32,000 nucleotides of DNA from the NCBI GenBank assembly GCA_023133515.1, contig JAGLWI010000005.1, positions 8,434-40,433 on the forward strand, given 5' to 3'. This document shows positions 1 through 5,543 of the stretch, one piece after another; within the stretch, counting starts at the first letter, position 1, and each line of letters begins with the position of its first letter. The position numbers were made by a program, and so were the translations under genes. The notes below the pieces were generated by a model. It saw only the letters and a program-made list of their open reading frames with translations, had not been told where the DNA came from and searched no databases. Source of the stretch: Candidatus Babeliales bacterium. GTDB taxonomy: Bacteria > Babelota > Babeliae > Babelales > UASB340.

Positions 1-456
1 TGTTCGAGCTACTTTTAAATTGACACAAACATTAGGTAGGAATTGTAAATCATGTCTATCATTTGGTTAAAAGCCACAAATTAAGAAAGGAGGTAAAATA
101 AACGTAATAAAAATCTTAATTTTTCCCCTTAATACAAGATAATTCTAACAAAAAAAACGTTAGCTATTTAAATTTTTATTTAGGTAGGTATTTTTACACA
201 ACATGTGTTTTGCATCTTTGACATTCATTATTAAACATCTGGTTTTTATACAAAATCAAATGGAGGAAAACGAAAAAGCTAAATCTGAAAAAATAAAAAA
301 ACATCCTAAACCACTCGCCATACCAAAACACAACAAGAGTGATTCTGGTGTTAAAAATAAAATTCAGGTTTGGTAAGCGTAATGTAAAAAGTACAACAAG
401 GGTCGTTAAATTTAAATTTTAAGATAAAACGACTAAACTTGACGGAGAAAGCAATT

Positions 457-2031
457 ATGAAAAAACTCTTAAAAGGCATACTCATCTTAGCGCTTGTTGC
501 AACCGGAGTTCGTGCCGCAACCAATAAAACATTCTTTTTGCCAAGACCACACGGTGTAAACTTGGCAATGGAATACACAACATGGAATGAACTACTTCAA
601 ACAAAAGACGAAGATCGCTTCGGAGCCCACTTTCAAGTAACCCCTTTCTACATGGATTCAACAGACGGTGATGATCTTGGAAAATATTTTGGAATTCTAA
701 ATAAACATAACTTCTTGCTAAATACAGTAAATGCAACAGATCTTCGAGGAACATACATAATACATGATGGTGGTACTGCAGCGTGTTTGGCTGGTGTTAC
801 CGGCGTAGCTCCTGTCGCAGCAAATGCAGTTCAGCTAGCAACAATGAAGTTCGATCCTGAACAAACAGCTTATGGTGTCAGAATTGATTACTATCAAGAT
901 TTAAGAAAAATACTCAAAGGACTTTATTTCAAAATAGCTCTTCCTATTATACATGTAGAAAATGATCTACAACTTAATATTACAGGAGCAAATGCAGGAG
1001 CAAATGCAAATATAGCCGCAGTCGCAACAGCCGCTGTAGTAAAATCCCAATTTGAACATTACTTCAAAGGAACTCTTGATGTTCCAACCGACCAACCTGC
1101 CCCTATATCCGCAGTAGCTCACATGGGTTCTCAACAAACATTAAAATATGCGAAAATAGATGGTCAACAAAGCTCCTTCAGTATTGCAGATATTGATTTT
1201 GTCCTTGGTTACAAAGTATTAGACAAAGAAAAATATAATCTTGCATTAAATATTGGTTTAACAATTCCTACAGGTGATTCAGCTGATGGGGTGTGGCTTT
1301 GGGAACCAGTTGTAGGTAATGGCGATCACTGGGCCCTTGGTGGTGGTTTAGATTTCGGAGCAAAACTTTGGGAAGATGAAGATCAAAACATAAAAATGAC
1401 TGCTGCATTAAATTATAGATATCTTTTTGAAAGCACAGAAAAAAGAACTATTGGAATTGATGGTAAAGACTGGGGACAATATTATCTCTTAGGACAAGTT
1501 GGTACAAACCGTGCTGTCCAAACATTAATCCCTGCAGCAAATGTATTAACAAGAGATCTTGATGTTGAACCAGGAAGTCAACTTGATGCAATTCTTGCCT
1601 TTGCATATAACAACGGTGGATTTACAATTGATCTTGGTTACAATCTATTCTGGAAAGATGCTGAGGACGTAAAATTAAAAGGCACATGGACCAATAATCA
1701 ATACGGAATTGCACACATAAACCAAACAATGAATAACGCTCAGAACTTTGAATACTCAGCAACTGCTGCTGCTGTTGGTGATGCTGGTGGTGCAGAAGCT
1801 TATTTGAATGATCAAACAAATTTAACTGCAGCCATCCCTACATGGGGAATTGACGTATCAAAAGCTGCAACACCTTCACAAATTACACACAAAATATATG
1901 GTGGCGTTGGATATATCTTTAAGGAATGGGAATATCCATTGATGCTAGGTCTTGCAGGACATTACGAATTTGCCAGTGATGATGGAATTGACAACTGGGG
2001 TGTCTGGGGCAAAGTCGGTATTGCATTTTAA
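457..2031 (+). CDS. Putative outer-membrane beta-barrel protein (porin/MOMP-like), paralog 1
   Basis: ATG at 457 lies 8 nt after GGAGAA (444-449); the track start at 439 is TTG. The N-terminus MKKLLKGILILALVATGVRAA looks like a signal peptide. The protein ends ...GKVGIAF, with the terminal Phe typical of beta-barrel OMPs. It is about 45-50% identical by eye to ORF 3790..5262. Ala/Gly-rich variable segments are absent from the paralog. Confidence 0.6.
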   Translation: MKKLLKGILILALVATGVRAATNKTFFLPRPHGVNLAMEYTTWNELLQTKDEDRFGAHFQVTPFYMDSTDGDDLGKYFGILNKHNFLLNTVNATDLRGTYIIHDGGTAACLAGVTGVAPVAANAVQLATMKFDPEQTAYGVRIDYYQDLRKILKGLYFKIALPIIHVENDLQLNITGANAGANANIAAVATAAVVKSQFEHYFKGTLDVPTDQPAPISAVAHMGSQQTLKYAKIDGQQSSFSIADIDFVLGYKVLDKEKYNLALNIGLTIPTGDSADGVWLWEPVVGNGDHWALGGGLDFGAKLWEDEDQNIKMTAALNYRYLFESTEKRTIGIDGKDWGQYYLLGQVGTNRAVQTLIPAANVLTRDLDVEPGSQLDAILAFAYNNGGFTIDLGYNLFWKDAEDVKLKGTWTNNQYGIAHINQTMNNAQNFEYSATAAAVGDAGGAEAYLNDQTNLTAAIPTWGIDVSKAATPSQITHKIYGGVGYIFKEWEYPLMLGLAGHYEFASDDGIDNWGVWGKVGIAF

Positions 2032-2034
2032 TTA

Positions 2035-2080
2035 ATCCTTCGACTACGAGCCTTCGGCTCTTCGCTCAGGACGAGCGGTA
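2035..2080. repeat. Partial/variant copy of the dispersed GC-rich palindromic element
   Basis: TCCTTCGAC...CTCAGGACGAGCG matches the right arm ATCCTTCGACAAGCTCAGGATGAGCGC. It is interrupted by the hairpin GAGCCTTCGGCTC (2048-2060, cUUCGg-type loop). It starts 4 nt after the OMP1 stop codon. Confidence 0.6.
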
Positions 2081-2104
2081 GAAAAAGATTAATTAAAAAA
2101 ATTA

Positions 2105-2131
2105 GGGTCGGAAAATTTCCGGCCCTTTTTT
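2105..2131 (+). terminator. Rho-independent terminator candidate downstream of OMP paralog 1
   Basis: Stem GGGTCGG / CCGGCCC (one G-U pair), loop AAAATTT, followed by TTTTTT. Confidence 0.55.
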
Positions 2132-2143
2132 ATTGCCCAAAAT

Positions 2144-2209
2144 CCCAAAGCTTACGCTTTGGGCTAACTCAGTGTCGCATTGCCAAAAGGCAAAGCTCTT
2201 TTGAATTTT
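2144..2209. repeat. Structured repeat, left copy (B-L)
   Basis: Hairpin CCCAAAGC-TTAC-GCTTTGGG (2144-2163) and hairpin TTGCC-AAAA-GGCAA (2180-2193). Its reverse complement matches 3667-3715 nearly base for base. Confidence 0.7.
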
Positions 2210-2236
2210 ACATTAATTTTGTTAGGTATTGTTTAA

Positions 2237-2692
2237 ATGTCGAATCACACGTATTCAAGTATGTTTTATCATATTATTTGGTCAACCAAAAATCGTAAGC
2301 CGTATATTAAATGTGAATTTAAATCAAAATTATATGATTTTATTGGAAAAATAATTGTAACAAAAGAATGGATTCCGCTTGCAATCAATGGGACCTCAGA
2401 TCATATACATGTTCTTTTTCAATTATTTCCCAATTATAAAGTTTCTGATGTAGTTTGTTGTATAAAGGCAAATTCTTCTCGTTTTATGAGAGATAATTTT
2501 ATTTCAGAGTTTTTGTGGCAAGGAGGTTATTCAGTTTTTACTGTTGATAAAAAACTATTACCAAAAATAAAAAATTATATTGCAAAACAGGAACAACATC
2601 ATGCCGTATTAACATTTGAAGATGAGCTTATGCTTTTGCTAAAACGAAATAGGATTTCTTATGGTGATTATTTTAAAAGAAAATTGTTATAA
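2237..2692 (+). CDS. IS200/IS605-family Y1 (HUH) transposase, RAYT-like
   Basis: 151 aa. Motifs: YHIIWSTKNRKPYI, HUH motif DHIHVLF, WQGGYSVFTV, and the catalytic-Tyr helix NYIAKQEQHH. This is the layout of IS200 TnpA (YHIVF..DHIHML..GYY..YI..Q). No clear RBS. Confidence 0.8.
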   Translation: MSNHTYSSMFYHIIWSTKNRKPYIKCEFKSKLYDFIGKIIVTKEWIPLAINGTSDHIHVLFQLFPNYKVSDVVCCIKANSSRFMRDNFISEFLWQGGYSVFTVDKKLLPKIKNYIAKQEQHHAVLTFEDELMLLLKRNRISYGDYFKRKLL

Positions 2693-2699
2693 CACATCT

Positions 2700-2806
2700 T
2701 TGAGCACCCGTTAGGGTGCAATACTGAGTTAGCCCAAAGGACCCTCCTGAGCTACGTCGAAGGACGTAAGCTTTGGGCTATGTCAAAGGACGTAAGTTTT
2801 GGGCTT
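2700..2806. repeat. Structured repeat, middle copy (B-M)
   Basis: Hairpin GCACCC-GTTA-GGGTGC (2704-2719). Stem AGCCCAAAG (2731-2739) / CTTTGGGCT (2771-2779) encloses CCTCCTGAGCTACGTCGAAGG. The 20-nt segment AAGGACGTAAGCTTTGGGCT (2760-2779) is repeated at 2786-2805 with 1 mismatch. Confidence 0.7.
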
Positions 2807-2821
2807 GAAAAAATAAAATTA

Positions 2822-2866
2822 TCCTTGTAAAATCGAACTTGAACCTCGAAATTACAAGGAGTTTTT
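2822..2866 (+). terminator. Hairpin / terminator candidate after the transposase unit
   Basis: 9-bp stem TCCTTGTAA (2822-2830) / TTACAAGGA (2852-2860) plus an inner TCGA/TCGA pairing, followed by GTTTTT. Confidence 0.45.
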
Positions 2867-2943
2867 ATAAAGAAAAACAGTCTATAGGCTCTAAATCATT
2901 ATAACCTAAGATTTTATAAAAACGTGAAACTAAAAGCTAAACA

Positions 2944-2994
2944 TTGACAAACTCATTTTTAATTGTTACCTAATAAGTATACAAAAAAGTATAC
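2944..2994 (+). promoter_or_regulatory. Candidate promoter and operator of the toxin-antitoxin operon
   Basis: TTGACA at 2944-2949 with only weak -10 candidates (TACCTA at N17, TAATAA further downstream). AAGTATAC occurs twice (2975-2982 and 2987-2994), 12 bp apart, each containing the palindrome GTATAC. The second copy ends 23 nt upstream of the antitoxin ATG. Confidence 0.35.
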
Positions 2995-3016
2995 CTGTTA
3001 AGTCTATGGAGAAAAT

Positions 3017-3265
3017 ATGTCAAAAATGGTAAGAATCAGCGAAGAAACAAGCACAAATTTAACTGCACTACAAAAATCTACAGGAAAATCCAAAGTTACA
3101 TTAGTTGAAATAGCTATCGACAAGTTATATAAAGATTTTTTTTTACTCAAAGCAAACAGAGCATATGAAAAATTAAAAAAAAATAAAAAAAAATGGAATG
3201 AAGAATTAAAAGAACGAGAAAGCTGGGAAAATACATCAAATGATGGATTAATTAATAATGAATAA
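3017..3265 (+). CDS. Ribbon-helix-helix (CopG/MazE-type) antitoxin
   Basis: 82 aa. GGAG lies 5-6 nt upstream of the ATG. The N-terminus VRISEETSTNLTALQKSTGKSKVTLVEIAIDKLY fits a strand-helix-helix pattern. The C-terminal tail is acidic and Trp-containing. The gene overlaps the toxin gene by 8 nt. Confidence 0.65.
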   Translation: MSKMVRISEETSTNLTALQKSTGKSKVTLVEIAIDKLYKDFFLLKANRAYEKLKKNKKKWNEELKERESWENTSNDGLINNE

Positions 3266-3611
3266 GCTTAAGCCTTCTCGCGGAGAAATCTGGTTTGCAA
3301 ATTTAAATCCAATAGTTGGCCACGAACAATCTAAATCAAGACCTTGCCTAATAATATCAGTTAACCAATTTAATTATGGGCCAGCAGAACTTGTTGTTAT
3401 TCTTCCTATGACAACAAAAAATAAAAATCTTCCTTGGTACGTAGAAATTAATCCTCCAGAAGGAGGAATTAAATTAAAATCATTTATAATCTGTGATCAA
3501 GTAAGAACAATTTCTAAAAAAAGATTAATTGATAAATCTCTAGGCATAATTCACCAAAAAACTTTATACCAAATTGAAAAACGATTAGAAATATTACTAG
3601 GATTAAATTAA
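3258..3611 (+). CDS. mazF: MazF/PemK(Kid)-family endoribonuclease toxin
   Basis: 117 aa. RGEIWFANLNPIVGHEQSKSRPCLIIS closely parallels Kid/PemK RGEIWLVSLDPTAGHEQQGTRPVLIV. ICDQVRTISKKRL parallels RCDQPRTID. Confidence 0.85.
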   Translation: MNKLKPSRGEIWFANLNPIVGHEQSKSRPCLIISVNQFNYGPAELVVILPMTTKNKNLPWYVEINPPEGGIKLKSFIICDQVRTISKKRLIDKSLGIIHQKTLYQIEKRLEILLGLN

Positions 3612-3632
3612 TTTAGCTCAAATATGTGTGAT

Positions 3633-3660
3633 TTGACATATAAATAATACTTAATAAAAT
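3633..3660 (+). promoter_or_regulatory. Candidate sigma70-type promoter for OMP paralog 2
   Basis: TTGACA (3633-3638), 16-nt spacer, TAAAAT (3655-3660). The predicted start falls at the first bases of repeat 3667-3773. Confidence 0.4.
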
Positions 3661-3666
3661 TAATAT

Positions 3667-3773
3667 AAAATTCAAAAGAGCTTTGCCTTTTTGCAATGCA
3701 ACACTTAGTTAGCCCAATGGACCCTCCTGAGCCCTGAGCTTGTCGAAGGGTCGAAGGACGTTAGCTTTGGGCC
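3667..3773. repeat. Structured repeat, right copy (B-R), inverted relative to 2144-2209
   Basis: AAAATTCAAAAGAGCTTTGCCTTTTTGCAATGCAACACTTAGTTAGCCC matches the reverse complement of 2161-2209 with a few mismatches. The GCCCAA..TTGGGC stem carries a ~45-nt loop insert with duplicated CCTGAGC and TCGAAGG cores. The repeat ends 4 nt before the OMP2 RBS. Confidence 0.75.
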
Positions 3774-3789
3774 ATTTGGAGCAAAATTT

Positions 3790-5262
3790 ATGAAAAAATT
3801 TTTTAAAGTTATTTTTATTTTAATTATCAGTATAAATACAGCCTTTGCAACACACACAACAGAAAAAACATTCTTTTTGCCAAGATCTCATGGTGTAAAT
3901 TTACCAATGGAATATACAGCATGGAATGAATTTTTATCTCAAAACACAGAGGAACAATTTGGTACCAATTTTCAAGTAGTTCCATTTTATCAAGAATCCT
4001 TAAACGGAACTGATCTTGGAAAATATTTTGGTGTTAAAAACAAAATATCTTTCAATCTTCATTCTGGACAAGAAGAAGATGTACGTGGCACATACATAAT
4101 TCACGATGCAACAACAGCCGCAGGAAATGTAAATCTTGCAACAATAGAAATATATCCTCATCAAAAAGCAACTGGAATTCGTTTTGATTACTTTCAAAAT
4201 TTAGAAAGAGTAATGGAAAATCTTTATCTAAAAGTAGCAATACCTATAATTTTTTTAAAAAATACTATGAACTTGAAAATCAAAGAAGGAACCGCAAAAG
4301 ATACTTTTCTTGATTATTTCAAAGGCAAAATAGACATCGACTTTGATAGCGCTGGAATAATAAGTGGTCAAGCTCACAACAGCGCTCAAGAATCACTTAC
4401 ACATGCAAAAATTCCACATGATTACGATTACACTGCTGTAGATGTTGCTGATATTGATATCATATTTGGATATAATGTTTTAAATAACAATCGATATAAG
4501 GCATCAATAAATTTAGGATTCTCTTTCCCAACAGGTGAAGAACCAAGTGGTTTTTATGTTTTCGAATCAATAGTTGGTGGTGGAAACCATTGGTCATTAA
4601 ATGCAGGAATTAATTCCAATGCAACCATGTGGAAACATAAATCCAAAAACCTAAAGTTAAACTTTGCCTTAAATTACAAATATCTTTTTCAAAGCACAGA
4701 AAAAAGAACTCTCAAATTAAAAGGGCTACCATACAGTCAATATTATTTAATAGGAAAAATAGGAAGCATTCGAAATCAAACAAAATTCATACCTGCCGCA
4801 AATATCCTTACAAGAAATATTAATGTTACACCAGGAAGCCAAATTGATACCATTTTGGGCTTTTCTTATAATCATTCAGGCCTTATTATTGATGTTGGAT
4901 ACAATTTTTTCTGGAAAAATAAAGAATCCGTATCTTCAAAAGACCACTGGTTTGACGGAAAATATGGAATTTTACATCCAGAACAAATATTGGAAGGAAA
5001 CAAGTCTTTTGAACTAAGCGATAATCCTGTTGCGGCAGGTGTAGATGGTGGAGCAGAAAAATTGATTTATGAGCAAGATTTGGATATTCAAGCAGCCTCA
5101 ACTCCGTCTTTAGTAACTCATAAAATCTATGGTAGTTTAGGGTACCTATGTTTAAAGTTAAAACGTCCTATAATGCTTGGATTTGGATGTAGTTATGAAT
5201 TTGCCGAAAAATATGCCTTAGAAAACTGGCAAATTTGGACAAAAATGGGGATAACTTTTTAA
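3790..5262 (+). CDS. Putative outer-membrane beta-barrel protein, paralog 2
   Basis: GGAG lies 8 nt upstream of the ATG. Signal peptide MKKFFKVIFILIISINTAFA. C-terminus ...WTKMGITF. Blocks shared with paralog 1: KTFFLPR.HGVN..MEYT.WNE, RGTYIIHD, STEKRT, IPAAN.LTR, THKIYG. Confidence 0.6.
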   Translation: MKKFFKVIFILIISINTAFATHTTEKTFFLPRSHGVNLPMEYTAWNEFLSQNTEEQFGTNFQVVPFYQESLNGTDLGKYFGVKNKISFNLHSGQEEDVRGTYIIHDATTAAGNVNLATIEIYPHQKATGIRFDYFQNLERVMENLYLKVAIPIIFLKNTMNLKIKEGTAKDTFLDYFKGKIDIDFDSAGIISGQAHNSAQESLTHAKIPHDYDYTAVDVADIDIIFGYNVLNNNRYKASINLGFSFPTGEEPSGFYVFESIVGGGNHWSLNAGINSNATMWKHKSKNLKLNFALNYKYLFQSTEKRTLKLKGLPYSQYYLIGKIGSIRNQTKFIPAANILTRNINVTPGSQIDTILGFSYNHSGLIIDVGYNFFWKNKESVSSKDHWFDGKYGILHPEQILEGNKSFELSDNPVAAGVDGGAEKLIYEQDLDIQAASTPSLVTHKIYGSLGYLCLKLKRPIMLGFGCSYEFAEKYALENWQIWTKMGITF

Positions 5263-5293
5263 AAAACGTTGTTTTTTATCATTTTTTATATTT

Positions 5294-5391
5294 AGAACTT
5301 ATACGAAAATTCAAATAAATTTGCAATGCGCTCATCCTGAGCTTGTCGAAGGATGAAGCGCTGTATCCTTCGACAAGCTCAGGATGAGCGC
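5294..5391. repeat. Palindromic element copy A1 (REPIN/MITE-like)
   Basis: Perfect 27-nt inverted repeat: GCGCTCATCCTGAGCTTGTCGAAGGAT (5328-5354) and ATCCTTCGACAAGCTCAGGATGAGCGC (5365-5391), separated by a 10-nt spacer. The AT-rich left extension AGAACTTATACGAAAATTCAAATAAATTTGCAAT is shared with copies at 7274 and 19802. Confidence 0.85.
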
Positions 5392-5437
5392 GTTGCTTAA
5401 TTTTTTTATGTTTTTTATCTCAAAATATATATACTAT

Positions 5438-5465
5438 TTGACAATTTTCTGCCTAAAATCATACT
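5438..5465 (+). promoter_or_regulatory. Candidate promoter for ORF 5544..7265
   Basis: TTGACA (5438-5443), 16-nt spacer, CATACT (5460-5465). Confidence 0.3.
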
Positions 5466-5543
5466 AGTAATAAGTTAATTAAAATTAGTTATAAAATAAT
5501 TTAAAAAATTAAAAATTAGGGATAAAAAACGGAGGTTATCAAA

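Larger units (their letters stand above)
2144..2806 (+). mobile_element. IS200/RAYT-like unit: Y1 transposase gene with inverted hairpin repeats on both flanks
   Basis: An exact 13-nt inverted repeat, GGGCTAACTCAGT (2161-2173) / ACTGAGTTAGCCC (2723-2735), flanks ORF 2237..2692. Each copy sits next to a GCCCAAAG/CTTTGGGC hairpin. The unit is about 660 bp, which is IS200-like. Confidence 0.6.

Noticed and set aside
260-376. Small basic ORF (38 codons, MEENEKAKSEKIKKHPKPL...), and a strong AAGGAGGT at 87-94 with no canonical start after it
   Set aside because: The ORF has no RBS, and no ATG/GTG/TTG lies at a proper distance from the Shine-Dalgarno-like string. They cannot be told apart from chance in AT-rich sequence.
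439-456. Upstream TTG start for OMP1 (track start 439); similarly 15775 for tsf, 26601 for the orphan gene and 27431 for the carboxyltransferase
   Set aside because: Downstream ATGs have better RBS spacing and yield canonical N-termini (signal peptide, EF-Ts N-terminus, carboxyltransferase start). The 27431 extension lies inside the preceding gene.
351-754. Track ORFs 351..578(-) and 482..754(-)
   Set aside because: They are antisense or overlapping shadows of the OMP1 gene and its upstream region. They have no RBS and low-complexity translations. The sense-strand gene has much stronger support.
1622-1819. ORF 1622..1819(-) with a His/Gln-rich run (HHQHHQQQQQ)
   Set aside because: It is the antisense reading of the GCT/GCA-rich (Ala-rich) loop region of OMP1, so it is a compositional artefact.
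4000-5101. Track ORFs 4000..4197(-), 4052..4240(-), 4823..5017(+) and 4886..5101(-)
   Set aside because: All are nested in OMP paralog 2 in other frames or on the other strand, with no independent support.
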